NCBI GenBank assembly: GCA_964596355.1
Contig: CAZQTD010000003.1
Coordinates: 20,500 to 84,499, forward strand
From: an uncultured Gammaproteobacteria bacterium
GTDB taxonomy: Bacteria; Patescibacteriota; Microgenomatia; UBA10105; UBA927
Length of the DNA: 64,000 nt
Direction: 5' to 3'
Shown: positions 49,715 through 60,120 of the stretch, piece after piece
Layout of the letters: every line of letters begins with the position of its first letter
Numbering within the stretch: position 1 is the stretch's first letter
The notes under the pieces: model-generated
The model's input: the letters and a program-made list of their open reading frames with translations, nothing else
What the model was told of the DNA's origin: nothing
Database searches by the model: none
Translations under genes and position numbers: made by a program

Positions 49715-50427
49715 TTACCCTTCTGCACGGCGACCATATCGAAGCGTCGCGTCGGGCGCTTGTCGCGATCAAAGAAAACGCGGCAGGGAAGGAGATTCGA
49801 GAACTTGACGGCCGCACGCTTGATGTAACGCTTTTAACAAGCGCGCTTGAGTCACGATCACTGTTTGACAGAAGCATATGTATCGTGATCGAACGATTGC
49901 TTTTTCATGGAGGGAAAAAGCCAAAAAGAACCGACGACCTTATACAACAGCTTGCCAAACACGCGAAGGAGGCCGACATCGTGTTGTGGGAAGAAGGCAA
50001 GGTGAGCGATGCGACTATCAGGGCGCTTGGGCCGGATATTTCGGCACAGCTGTTTGCCGTGCCTGATGTTCTATTTCGGTTTCTTGACAGCCTTCGACCA
50101 GACAACGCTCAGGCGCTTCTGGCGCTTTATGAAAGCCTTAGGCGCAAAGAGAGCGCGGAGTTGGTGTTTTCTATGATGGTCAAACGCATCCGTCAGCTTA
50201 TTCAAATTGGCTCCGGGACAGCTCCTTGCGGTCTTAAAGATTGGCAAATCGCGCGATTGACAACCCAAGCCAAGTCATTTAGCATGAAAAAGCTTGGCTG
50301 GTTGCATCAGACGCTTCGGTTTATTGACTATGCGGTGAAAACCGGAGCGAGCCCGTTTTCGCTTTCCGAGCATATAGAACTGCTGCTTGTCGCTTTATCG
50401 TATGGTGATAGACATTTCTATTTTTAA
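49711..50427 (+). CDS. holA: DNA polymerase III delta subunit (HolA-like, short form)
   Basis: Overall HolA-like pattern (N-terminal LLHG, central ELVFSMMVKRIRQLIQI, C-terminal winged-helix-like region). Confidence 0.55.
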   Translation: MITLLHGDHIEASRRALVAIKENAAGKEIRELDGRTLDVTLLTSALESRSLFDRSICIVIERLLFHGGKKPKRTDDLIQQLAKHAKEADIVLWEEGKVSDATIRALGPDISAQLFAVPDVLFRFLDSLRPDNAQALLALYESLRRKESAELVFSMMVKRIRQLIQIGSGTAPCGLKDWQIARLTTQAKSFSMKKLGWLHQTLRFIDYAVKTGASPFSLSEHIELLLVALSYGDRHFYF

Positions 50428-51763
50428 AGACTACGACATTCGCGGCACATATCCCGATCAATTGAACGGCAAAGCGGCGGCGATGCTTGCCAATGCCATC
50501 GTAAAAATTCTCAAGCCGCGGACGGTAGCAATATGCCGCGACATGAGACTTTCCGGTCCCGAACTTCGCGACGGTATGGTGAGTGAACTGACGAACCTTG
50601 GCGTCAATGTTTTTGATGCGGGTTTGGTGGGGACGGAAATTGCGTATTTTATCGCGGGCACAGAGCCGTACGATGTCGTTATCATGATTTCTGCTTCGCA
50701 TAACCCGCCTGAATACAACGGATTTAAAATCGTTGCCCGCGGACCCGTTGCGATCACCGGCGACAACGGCCTCAACCAGATGAAAGACGTCGTTTATAAA
50801 GCGCCGCTCCCTCCTGCCGCTCAAAAGGGTGCAGTGACTTCGATTGATGTGTTTTCGCAGTGGAAAAAGAAGGTTCTTTCGCTCATTGACACAAAAACGC
50901 TTAAGCCTCTTTCCGTTGTTATCGACGCTGGCAACGGGATGGGAGGTGTTCTTGCGTCGAAAGTATTTGACACCCTTCCGCCGCGCGTTACGCCTTTGTA
51001 CTTTGAGCCAGACGGCCGCTTTCCGCATCACGTGCCCAATCCGCTTGTCGAATCTAATAACGCTGACCTTGTCGCGAAGGTTCGCGAATTGAATGCCGAC
51101 GTTGGCATTGCGTTTGACGGCGATGCAGACCGGCTGTTTCTTATCGATGACAAAGGACGGTTCGTTTCCGGCACAATCATCACCGCACTTCTTTCGCGCT
51201 ACATCCTGAAAAAATACCCGAAAGAGATGATCCTCTATAGCGCTGTGTGCGGCCGCATCGTACCGGAGACAATTACGAAATTCGGCGGCACGTACCGGCG
51301 TGTGCGCGTGGGCCACTCGTTCATGAAGCAGTATATGAAGGAGTATCACGCGATATTTGCAGGCGAACACTCGGGGCATTTTTACCACCGAGATTTTTTT
51401 AACTCCGAAAGCGGCGTTTTGACTGCTTTGATGATCCTTTCGCTTCTCTCATCTGACGGCCGCCGGCTTTCCGCTCTTGTTGATGAGCTTAATACGTATC
51501 CTGCAAGCGGCGAGCTAAATTTTCGCGTTCCAAACATTCCGCTTGTCCTCTCGTGCCTGAAGGATATCTATAAGGACGCCGCGTCTATTGATGAGCTTGA
51601 CGGTGTGAGCATCTGGTATCCAAATTATTGGTTTAATATCCGAGCAAGCAAAACCGAGCCGCTCATCCGCCTGAATGTCGAAGCGGACACCAAGGAACTT
51701 TTAGATCAGAAAACCAGTGAAATTACGGCAAAAATCAAATCATTTGGCGGGAAACCGGCATGA
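50387..51763 (+). CDS. Phosphomannomutase/phosphoglucomutase (alpha-D-phosphohexomutase)
   Basis: Active-site SASHNPPEYNGFK and metal loop FDGDADR. The true start may be the ATG at 50402. Confidence 0.85.
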   Translation: MSLYRMVIDISIFKDYDIRGTYPDQLNGKAAAMLANAIVKILKPRTVAICRDMRLSGPELRDGMVSELTNLGVNVFDAGLVGTEIAYFIAGTEPYDVVIMISASHNPPEYNGFKIVARGPVAITGDNGLNQMKDVVYKAPLPPAAQKGAVTSIDVFSQWKKKVLSLIDTKTLKPLSVVIDAGNGMGGVLASKVFDTLPPRVTPLYFEPDGRFPHHVPNPLVESNNADLVAKVRELNADVGIAFDGDADRLFLIDDKGRFVSGTIITALLSRYILKKYPKEMILYSAVCGRIVPETITKFGGTYRRVRVGHSFMKQYMKEYHAIFAGEHSGHFYHRDFFNSESGVLTALMILSLLSSDGRRLSALVDELNTYPASGELNFRVPNIPLVLSCLKDIYKDAASIDELDGVSIWYPNYWFNIRASKTEPLIRLNVEADTKELLDQKTSEITAKIKSFGGKPA

Positions 51764-52833
51764 ACTCACTTGATGACATAGAAACAATTATAGCGCGCGA
51801 TTCAGCAGGCGTTCTTCAAAGCACCGGACAGTTCTGTGATCAGTGCGAGCAGGCCTGGAGCGAAGCGTCTTCTTGTTTGTTTCCCACGCAATACGCCACG
51901 GTTGATGCTGTTGTCGTTCCGGGCATGGGCGGAAGCGGGTTTATGCCTCGAACGATTAAGGAGTTGTTTGCCGACCGCATCAAAACACCCTATGAAATCA
52001 TTGACGGCTACAGCCTTCCTGCCTACGTTGATCGAAAGACGCTCGTTATTCTTTCGTCGTATTCCGGTTCGACTGAAGAGGTGCTCGCGTGCGCGCAACA
52101 GGCGCTTGCAAAACGCGCAAGCGTCACTGCGGTGACAGCCGGCGGCCGCGTCGCACAGCTCATGAAGGATCATGATATGACGGCTTATATCTTTAATCCG
52201 CGCCATAACCCGTGCGGTCAGCCGCGAATCGGCGGAGGATACCTTTTTATGGGCCACCTGGGGCTGTTGTCCGCTCTCCACCTTATTGATATAAGCGACG
52301 CGGAAGTTCACAACGCCATTGTCCATGCGCGAACGGTGGCAAAAACCTGCGCGCTTGGCGTTCCCGCCGCACAAAATCCGGCCAAGCAGCTTGCCCTTCG
52401 GCTTAAAGATACCCACCCCTTCATAATTGCGAGCGAATTCTTGCGAGGCTTTGCCAACGGGTTTGCCAACCAGATAAACGAGACCGCAAAGATGATTTCT
52501 GATCATCGATCAATTCCGGAGCTTAACCACCACTTGATGGAAGGGTTGGCGCATCCGGATACGCTTGCCACAAACGCGCTGTTTCTTTTTATCGCGTCCG
52601 GCCTTTTTGACCACAGAATACGCAAGCGGTTCATTCTTACAGCGGACGTTGTCTCGAAGCAACAGATTGCGACACACACAATTACCCTAAAGGGAAATAC
52701 AAAGCTTGCGCAGGTTTTGGAGGGATTTGTGTTGAGCGGATTTACAACCTTTTATCTGGCCATGCTCTATGATGCCGACCCTGTTGCCATTCCGTGGGTA
52801 AACTATTTTAAAGATAAGCTTGCAACACAATGA
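51760..52833 (+). CDS. Bifunctional phosphoglucose/phosphomannose isomerase (SIS-domain, archaeal type)
   Basis: SIS-domain pattern and length (~357 aa) typical of the archaeal-type PGI/PMI family. ATGA overlap with the phosphomannomutase gene. Confidence 0.65.
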   Translation: MNSLDDIETIIARDSAGVLQSTGQFCDQCEQAWSEASSCLFPTQYATVDAVVVPGMGGSGFMPRTIKELFADRIKTPYEIIDGYSLPAYVDRKTLVILSSYSGSTEEVLACAQQALAKRASVTAVTAGGRVAQLMKDHDMTAYIFNPRHNPCGQPRIGGGYLFMGHLGLLSALHLIDISDAEVHNAIVHARTVAKTCALGVPAAQNPAKQLALRLKDTHPFIIASEFLRGFANGFANQINETAKMISDHRSIPELNHHLMEGLAHPDTLATNALFLFIASGLFDHRIRKRFILTADVVSKQQIATHTITLKGNTKLAQVLEGFVLSGFTTFYLAMLYDADPVAIPWVNYFKDKLATQ

Positions 52834-52945
52834 AGGATTTTGTCAGCCGTCTGTCAAGCGCGCGCCGCTTAATAATGCCAAAATCTGCCGATGCCATAAA
52901 AACATCCCTCTTGCGAAGAAGAGTGAATTTGTCCATACTAAGTGT

Positions 52946-55204
52946 ATGAAAAAAACCTATGTCATCTGGTTTAAGGATATCGATAAAAGGGATATTGATG
53001 ACGTTGGCGGCAAAGGCGCAAATTTGGGAGAAATGATGCGCGCGGGGCTACCGGTTCCGAACGGATTTGTGGTATCCGTTGAAGCGTACCGCGCGTTTTT
53101 AGACGCTGCCCACATCCGCGTAGGCATAGAGCAGGCGCTTCACGGACTTGACGTCAATGACAGTAAAGCGCTTGAAAAGGCTGCCAGAACGGTTCAAAGC
53201 ATCATCACCAGGTCGCAGTTTCCCAACGATATTGCCAGGGATATTATTAACGCCTATTTTAAGCTCAGCGGAGGAAGCATGAAGCACGCGCTGGTTGCTG
53301 TGCGATCTAGCGCGACAGCAGAAGATTTGCCCGGCGCGTCATTTGCCGGACAACAGGCGACATTTCTCAATGTACAAGGCGAGTCAAACGTTATTGAAAA
53401 AGTTAAAGAAGCGTGGGCGTCGCTTTTTACCGCGCGAGCGATTTTTTACCGTGCGACCAATTCTTTTGACCACTTTAAGGTTGGTATCGCCGTACCTGTC
53501 CAAAAAATGGTGGCGTCGGACAAATCAGGCATCATGTTTACGATTAACCCTGTGACGAACGATAAAAGCAGAGTGACCATCGAGGCGATTTTCGGGCTGG
53601 GAGAAATGATTGTTCAGGGAGCTGTCACTCCCGATCACTACGAAGTAGACAAAAAGACGCTCGACATTGTCGTCAAAGAGGCCCATGTGCAGGAAAAGGT
53701 GATGGTGAAAAAGGGAGGTCAGAATAAAATCCTACCGCTTTCTTCCGCGCGGGGCGGCCAAGTCAAGCTTGCCGATGGCGAAATCGTTGCACTAGCCAAG
53801 CTCGGTTTGAAACTGGAACAGCACTATTACTTTCCGCAGGACATTGAATGGGCCATTGAAGGGAAAAACATATTTATTGTTCAAACGCGACCCGTAACCA
53901 CCGTCGGAAAAGAAGCAACGCAGACAGTTGCCAAGGTGAACGCGGAGGTGATTGCCAAAGGCGACCCTGCAAGTCCGGGCGTCGCAAGCGGTCCGGTTAC
54001 GATGCTTGCAAGCGCCAAGGAGATTCACAAAATTTCTGCCGGGGATATTTTGGTGGCAGAACAAACGAATCCTGACTTCGTGCCCGCGATGCGCAAGGCT
54101 GTTGCTATTATCACCGAGCGCGGCGGCCGGACGAGTCACGCGGCGATTGTGTCGCGCGAGCTGGGCATTCCCGCCGTGGTTGGGACAAAGGATATTCGCG
54201 CGAAAGTCAAAGACGGCATGGTGGTGACAGTTAACGGCACGACGGGAGAAATCTACAACGGAGCTGTCGCTACCCGCGTTGAGCCCAAAAAAACCATTGA
54301 CACAAGCCACATGAAGACAGTTACACGAGTCTATGTCAATCTCGCTGAAGTCAGCCGCGCCAAGGATGTGGCGAAAATGAACTGCGACGGAGTGGGGCTT
54401 CTTCGAGCGGAGTTTATGATTGCCAATATCGGTACGCACCCCAAACGACTCATCGAGCAAAAAAAGCAGAAGGTTTTTGTTGATTCATTAAGCGAGCAGC
54501 TTGAGGTGTTTTGCGCATCGTTTAATCCGCGGCCGGTTGTTTACCGTGCGACAGACTTTAAAACAAATGAATACCGAAACCTCAAGGGCGGCGAGGCCTT
54601 TGAGCCCGAGGAGCCCAACCCGATGTTAGGATTTCGCGGTGCTGCGCGTTATCTTGCCAACTCCGACGTTTTCGAACTGGAACTTCAAGCAATCACGGTG
54701 GTGCGTGAAAAAATGGGATACAAGAACTTATGGTTGATGCTGCCGTTTGTGCGAACGCCCAAAGAGCTCATGGACGTCAAAGCGCTTATTGCTAAGCAGG
54801 GTATTTCCCGAAGCGCATCGTTTAAGCTGTGGCTCATGACGGAGATACCTACAAACGCCATCAGAATTGATGACTTTTTGGATGTTGGTGTTGACGGTGT
54901 ATCGATCGGCAGTAACGATCTAACCATGCTCATTTTGGGAACCGATCGAGACAACAGTGAGGTCGCCCACGACTTTTCCGAAATGGACAGTGCGGTTCTG
55001 TGGGCGTTTGATCGAATTGTTTCCCGATGCGCGGCGCGCGGCGTGACGAGCTCTATGTGCGGACAGGCGCCGTCCGATTACCCGGAGCTTGTTGAGCGTC
55101 TCGTTAAACAGGGCATTACCAGTGTTTCGGTTAATCCCGACGCGATCGACCGCGTGCGAGAGACGATCTATGAATGTGAAAAGACTGTGGCGCGCAAACA
55201 ATGA
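52946..55204 (+). CDS. ppsA: Phosphoenolpyruvate synthase (pyruvate, water dikinase)
   Basis: N-terminus YVIWFKDIDKRDIDDVGGKGANLGEM, phosphohistidine domain, C-terminal PEP-utilising domain. Start set to the ATG at 52946. Confidence 0.85.
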   Translation: MKKTYVIWFKDIDKRDIDDVGGKGANLGEMMRAGLPVPNGFVVSVEAYRAFLDAAHIRVGIEQALHGLDVNDSKALEKAARTVQSIITRSQFPNDIARDIINAYFKLSGGSMKHALVAVRSSATAEDLPGASFAGQQATFLNVQGESNVIEKVKEAWASLFTARAIFYRATNSFDHFKVGIAVPVQKMVASDKSGIMFTINPVTNDKSRVTIEAIFGLGEMIVQGAVTPDHYEVDKKTLDIVVKEAHVQEKVMVKKGGQNKILPLSSARGGQVKLADGEIVALAKLGLKLEQHYYFPQDIEWAIEGKNIFIVQTRPVTTVGKEATQTVAKVNAEVIAKGDPASPGVASGPVTMLASAKEIHKISAGDILVAEQTNPDFVPAMRKAVAIITERGGRTSHAAIVSRELGIPAVVGTKDIRAKVKDGMVVTVNGTTGEIYNGAVATRVEPKKTIDTSHMKTVTRVYVNLAEVSRAKDVAKMNCDGVGLLRAEFMIANIGTHPKRLIEQKKQKVFVDSLSEQLEVFCASFNPRPVVYRATDFKTNEYRNLKGGEAFEPEEPNPMLGFRGAARYLANSDVFELELQAITVVREKMGYKNLWLMLPFVRTPKELMDVKALIAKQGISRSASFKLWLMTEIPTNAIRIDDFLDVGVDGVSIGSNDLTMLILGTDRDNSEVAHDFSEMDSAVLWAFDRIVSRCAARGVTSSMCGQAPSDYPELVERLVKQGITSVSVNPDAIDRVRETIYECEKTVARKQ

Positions 55205-55239
55205 TTCTTCGATTTTTCCGTGGGGGACCGGTGTAGGAC

Positions 55240-56511
55240 ATGGATTCAACCATTTATTCAGTAGCGGCTCGGGAAATTCTTGATTCCCGGGGGAACCCGA
55301 CAATAGAAACGACGGTTATCTTGCAAAGCGGCTACCGCGGCGTTGCGTCAGTTCCGGCCGGAGCGTCGATTGGCAAATACGAAGCAGTCGAACTGCGTGA
55401 TAAAGACGTCAAGCGATACGGCGGATTGGGAGTTCTTTGCGCCGTTCAAAACACCAATACCATCATTGTTGACAAGCTCAAAGGGTTAAACGCTCGCGAT
55501 CAAGCCTCGATAGATGCGCTTCTGATTGCGCTTGACGGAACGCCGAATAAAGCCCGCTTGGGAGCCAACAGCATACTGGGAGCATCGCTTGCCGTGTGCG
55601 CCGCGTACGCAAGTCATCAGCGCATTCCTCTGTATCAATACATTAATCTGCTGTACGGAAATGGAAAGCCGTCAGCAATGACGCGGGTACCCACGCCTAT
55701 TTTTAACGTCATCAACGGCGGCAAGCATGGCGGCGGCAACGTGGATTTTCAGGAATACCAGATTGTGCCTGCAACCAGCAAGCCGTTTCACGAGGCGCTT
55801 CAGATGGGCGTTGAGCTGTATCACGCACTGAAAAAGCTGCTTATCAATCGAGGCGCAGTCCATGCAACCGGCGACGAGGGAGGGTTTGCACCGAATCTTT
55901 CGACAAACTTGGATCCGATGGAACTGATGACCGAGACGATCCGGACGAGCACGTACAGGTTTGGCGTTGATATTTTTTTTGGCCTTGATATTGCCGCTTC
56001 ATCGTTTCGAAGCGAGCGAGGGTATCAGATCAAAGATCGGCCCGTGGCGTACCGCACGGGCGAATTTATCCAATACCTCAAGGATTTTCACAGAATGTAC
56101 CGACTGCTTATTCTCGAGGATCCCTTGGGAGAGGACGATTGGGATGGGTGGTCACAGCTCAACCGTGATGTAGGAAGTGAAATCGCACTCATTGGCGATG
56201 ACCTGTTGACAACAAACCCGGAACGTCTGCTTCACGCGATTGAAAAAAAAGCTTGTTCGGCGATACTCCTTAAGCCTAATCAAATCGGCACACTCACGGA
56301 ATTTCTGCAGGTTGTTACACTCGCAAAAAAACATGATATCCGTTGTGTCGTATCCCACAGGAGCGGCGAAACCAATGATACGTTTATTTCAGACCTCGCT
56401 GTCGCCGTCCAAGCAGACTATGTCAAATTTGGAGCACCCGCTCGCGGGGAACGCGTTGCAAAATATAACAGACTGCTTGCCATTGAGTCAGAACTGTTTC
56501 CTTCATCGTAA
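55240..56511 (+). CDS. eno: Enolase
   Basis: N-terminus IYSVAAREILDSRGNPTIETTVIL and catalytic motifs. Confidence 0.9.
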   Translation: MDSTIYSVAAREILDSRGNPTIETTVILQSGYRGVASVPAGASIGKYEAVELRDKDVKRYGGLGVLCAVQNTNTIIVDKLKGLNARDQASIDALLIALDGTPNKARLGANSILGASLAVCAAYASHQRIPLYQYINLLYGNGKPSAMTRVPTPIFNVINGGKHGGGNVDFQEYQIVPATSKPFHEALQMGVELYHALKKLLINRGAVHATGDEGGFAPNLSTNLDPMELMTETIRTSTYRFGVDIFFGLDIAASSFRSERGYQIKDRPVAYRTGEFIQYLKDFHRMYRLLILEDPLGEDDWDGWSQLNRDVGSEIALIGDDLLTTNPERLLHAIEKKACSAILLKPNQIGTLTEFLQVVTLAKKHDIRCVVSHRSGETNDTFISDLAVAVQADYVKFGAPARGERVAKYNRLLAIESELFPSS

Positions 56512-56557
56512 ATATGGTATTGCATAATTAGTAAAGATCAGCTAACGTGGTAAGTAT

Positions 56558-57661
56558 ATGAAAGTCACCGTATCGGTTATTAAAGCGGATACCGGATCTA
56601 TCGGCGGTCACAACAGGCCAAGCGATGCGATGATCGCAAAAGCAAATGACCGCATGACTCAAGGCATTGCAAGCGGGCTTCTTACTGACGCGCGCGTCAC
56701 ATTCACCGGTGATGATATCGCGCTTACCATGGTGCATACGCGCGGAATTGATAATCCTGATATCCATAAATTCGCGTGGGATACGTTTGTGGAAACTACC
56801 AAGATCGCAAAAAGTCAAGGGTTATATGGAGCAGGTCAGGACCTCCTGAAAGATGCCTTCTCGGGAAATGTTCGCGGCATGGGGCCCGGATCAGCTGAAA
56901 TTGAATTTGAGGAGCGCACCGCGGAGCCGTTTGTGGTATTTGCAGGCGATAAATGCGGTCCGGGGGTATTCAATTACCCGCTGTTTGAGGCGTTTGCCAA
57001 TCCGTATCACAATGCGGGGCTTCTTTTGGCTCCTGAAATGAACGCAGGGTTTACATTTACGATTATGGATGTGAACTTTACAGATGCTGATAAGGTCATT
57101 ACGCTGAAAACGCCCAACGACTATTACGACATTTGCACGCTGCTGCGCGACCCCAATCATTATGTGATAGAAAGTGTGGTGGATAATGCCTCGGGGTTAA
57201 AAGCGGCTGTGGCGTCAACCAGCAGATTGCACAACATCGCGGGCAAATACGTGGGCAAAGATGACCCGGTTGCCATCGTACGCACACAAAAGCAGTTTCC
57301 ATCAACGGGAGAAATTCTTTCTCCGTGGGCGCTTGCGCACTATACGCTCGGTGATAACCGCGGAAGCCACCATGTGGCGGTTATGCCGGTGAAGCAAAAC
57401 GAAATCATTTCGTATTTTGACGGTCCAACCATCATGTCAGCCGCCGGCTACTGCGTCCATGAAGGCAAACTTACGGAAGCCGTGGATTATTTTGATCAGC
57501 CGTTCTGGGATGTCATACGAGAAAAGGCGGCTATAAAAACGCTGGAAATGCGCTCGCAAGGTTTTTACGGACCTTCTATGGCACCGATGGACGAGCTTGA
57601 ATATACCGGCGTAATGCAAAACCTAAAGCGTTTGGAGGCAAGATTTAAAGTCAGAAAATAA
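56558..57661 (+). CDS. fbp: Fructose-1,6-bisphosphate aldolase/phosphatase (class V FBPase, archaeal-type bifunctional)
   Basis: N-terminus MKVTVSVIKADTGSIGGH and strong similarity over the full length (…GQDLLKDAFSGNVRGMGPG…). Confidence 0.85.
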   Translation: MKVTVSVIKADTGSIGGHNRPSDAMIAKANDRMTQGIASGLLTDARVTFTGDDIALTMVHTRGIDNPDIHKFAWDTFVETTKIAKSQGLYGAGQDLLKDAFSGNVRGMGPGSAEIEFEERTAEPFVVFAGDKCGPGVFNYPLFEAFANPYHNAGLLLAPEMNAGFTFTIMDVNFTDADKVITLKTPNDYYDICTLLRDPNHYVIESVVDNASGLKAAVASTSRLHNIAGKYVGKDDPVAIVRTQKQFPSTGEILSPWALAHYTLGDNRGSHHVAVMPVKQNEIISYFDGPTIMSAAGYCVHEGKLTEAVDYFDQPFWDVIREKAAIKTLEMRSQGFYGPSMAPMDELEYTGVMQNLKRLEARFKVRK

Positions 57662-57667
57662 CCAACG

Positions 57668-59404
57668 ATGGATACGTTGCCTGCCGAATTTATTCGAAAA
57701 GATGTTGCCTCGCTTAAGGTAAGGCCTAACCTGGCGAACATTGACGAGGCAGAAAAAACCAACCCCTGGGACGCAATCAACGATGAACTGACGTACTTTG
57801 AGGGCGGTGGTATTAACATAGCCTTTAATGCGATTGATCGGCACATCGGTACACCCATAGAGCATAAAACCGCGTTGCTTTGGGAAGGCGACAATAATGC
57901 GACGTCGTCGTTTACATTTGGAGAAATGGCCCGCTTGTCCAACCAGTATGCAAACTATCTTGCGGCGCATGGTGTCGCAAAAGGCGACCGTGTGTTCATG
58001 TTTCTTCCAAGAATTCCGCCTTTGTACGCCGCTGTATTAGGTACGTTGAAAACCGGAGCTGTCGTGGGTACAATGTTTAGCGCATTTCAGCAGCAAGCGC
58101 TTGTTGACAGACTGGAAAATAGCGGTGCGCGCGTGCTTTTCACGACGCGAGAACTTGGCAAGCGTCTCGACGGCACGAAAGACAAACTTCCTAAGCTAGA
58201 GCACATTGCGTATGTTGACAGCCCTGAATTTCTTGACGCGATTTCCAAACAAAGCGACGCATATTCGTGCGTGAAAACCATGCCGGATGACCACTCTTTC
58301 ATGCTCTACACGTCAGGAACAACCGGCAAGCCGAAAGGGGTTGTCCACGCGCATAAAGGCATTCGCCAGCAATACTTAACGGCCAAGTGGGTGTTAGATC
58401 TTCATCCGGAGGACATCTACTGGTGTACGGCGGATCCGGGATGGGTAACGGGATTAGTGTACGGCATTCTCGCTCCGTGGATGATGGGAATTACCATGGT
58501 TGTGCACGGCGGCAGATTTGATCCGAGCGTCTGGTACGGCATTTTGAAAAAATATAATGTAACTGTTTGGTACACGGCTCCCACCGCCATTCGCATGCTC
58601 ATGGCCAAGGGCATCGAGCTCGTTCAGTCTTTTCAATTGACAAGCCTGCGCCATCTGTGCAGTGTCGGCGAACCTCTCAATCCGGAAGCAATTCGCTGGG
58701 GCGTTCACGCATTTGGATTGCCGTTTCACGACACATGGTGGCAGACAGAAACGGGAGCGATGATGATGGTTAATCTGCCGTGTGCTGATATAAAAATTGG
58801 TTCTATGGGAAAGCCGTTTCCTGGCATCGAAGCGGCAATTGTGGACGATGAAGGGAAACCATTGCCAAATAACACCGAGGGAAACCTCGCGTTCCGCCCC
58901 GGCTGGCCTTCCATGATGGTTGCTATTTGGAACAATGAAGAAAAGTATTCATCTTATTTCGTGAACGGTTGGTACATTTCAGGCGACCGCGCGTGGAAGG
59001 ATGACGATGGATACTACTGGTTTATCGGACGAGCTGATGATGTCATTAAAACGTCGGGTGAGCGCGTGGGGCCGTTTGAAGTAGAGTCCGCGCTTGTGGA
59101 ACATCCGGAAGTGGCAGAAGCAGGCGTTATTGGCAAACCAGACGACGTACGCGGAGAGATCGTGAAGGCATTTGTCGTTTTGAAGGATCCCAAAAAGTAC
59201 GCTGATGCCGCTTCACAAGAAGCGCTAAAGAGCGAGTTGAGCGAACACGTTAAAAAGCACCTCGCCGGCCATGCGTACCCACGAGAAGTGGAATTCATCG
59301 ACAAACTCCCCAAAACCAGAAGCGGCAAAATCATGCGTCGGATTCTTAAAGCAAAGGAAATGGGACTGCCGATCGGCGACACCTCAACGCTTGAGGAGTA
59401 TTAG
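57668..59404 (+). CDS. AMP-forming acyl-CoA synthetase, acetate--CoA ligase-like
   Basis: AMP-binding motif YTSGTTGKPKGV and Acs-like N-terminus ending ...FNAIDRH. Confidence 0.7.
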   Translation: MDTLPAEFIRKDVASLKVRPNLANIDEAEKTNPWDAINDELTYFEGGGINIAFNAIDRHIGTPIEHKTALLWEGDNNATSSFTFGEMARLSNQYANYLAAHGVAKGDRVFMFLPRIPPLYAAVLGTLKTGAVVGTMFSAFQQQALVDRLENSGARVLFTTRELGKRLDGTKDKLPKLEHIAYVDSPEFLDAISKQSDAYSCVKTMPDDHSFMLYTSGTTGKPKGVVHAHKGIRQQYLTAKWVLDLHPEDIYWCTADPGWVTGLVYGILAPWMMGITMVVHGGRFDPSVWYGILKKYNVTVWYTAPTAIRMLMAKGIELVQSFQLTSLRHLCSVGEPLNPEAIRWGVHAFGLPFHDTWWQTETGAMMMVNLPCADIKIGSMGKPFPGIEAAIVDDEGKPLPNNTEGNLAFRPGWPSMMVAIWNNEEKYSSYFVNGWYISGDRAWKDDDGYYWFIGRADDVIKTSGERVGPFEVESALVEHPEVAEAGVIGKPDDVRGEIVKAFVVLKDPKKYADAASQEALKSELSEHVKKHLAGHAYPREVEFIDKLPKTRSGKIMRRILKAKEMGLPIGDTSTLEEY

Positions 59405-59409
59405 GCCGT

Positions 59410-60111
59410 GTGATAGTATCCCCGAATATGGATGCGATGAAGGATGTTGCCGATATCGTTGTTCACCTCGACACACATTTGGCAGCGCTTGTCAATCAGT
59501 ACGGCACTGTCGCGTACGCCATACTTTTTGTTATCATTTTTGCCGAAACCGGATTTGTCGTCACACCATTCCTTCCGGGCGATTCACTGCTTTTTGCGGC
59601 AGGCGCCATTGCGTCACTGGGATCACTTCGCATTGACGTCGTGCTTGCAATTCTTATCTTCGCTGCGATACTTGGGGATACGGTCAATTACTGGGTTGGA
59701 CACTTTTTCGGCAGAACAATCGTTGACAATCCGCGCATTCGGTTTATTAACCAGCAGCATATCGACAAAACAGAACGATTTTACAAAACATACGGAGGAA
59801 AAACGATCTTCCTCGCGCGGTTCATTCCAATTATTCGTACATTCGCGCCGTTTGTTGCTGGCGTTGGGTCGATGACCTATTCCAAATTTATTCTGTTTAA
59901 CGTCATTGGGGGTGTCACGTGGGTGACAGTATTTACCATCATGGGGTACTTGTTCGGCAACATTCCTATTGTCAAGGACAATTTTCATTACGCGGTTGTT
60001 GCCATTATTGGGCTTTCGCTTGTCCCCATCGTGTACGAATACGTTTCGCACAGAATACTACAAAAAAATCCTAACGTTTTGAATAAGGAGGGCAACCGAA
60101 ACAACGCGTAA
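59410..60111 (+). CDS. DedA/SNARE-associated family membrane protein
   Basis: FLPGDSLLFAAGA motif plus transmembrane helices. Confidence 0.8.
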   Translation: MIVSPNMDAMKDVADIVVHLDTHLAALVNQYGTVAYAILFVIIFAETGFVVTPFLPGDSLLFAAGAIASLGSLRIDVVLAILIFAAILGDTVNYWVGHFFGRTIVDNPRIRFINQQHIDKTERFYKTYGGKTIFLARFIPIIRTFAPFVAGVGSMTYSKFILFNVIGGVTWVTVFTIMGYLFGNIPIVKDNFHYAVVAIIGLSLVPIVYEYVSHRILQKNPNVLNKEGNRNNA

Positions 60112-60120
60112 AAGAAACGA

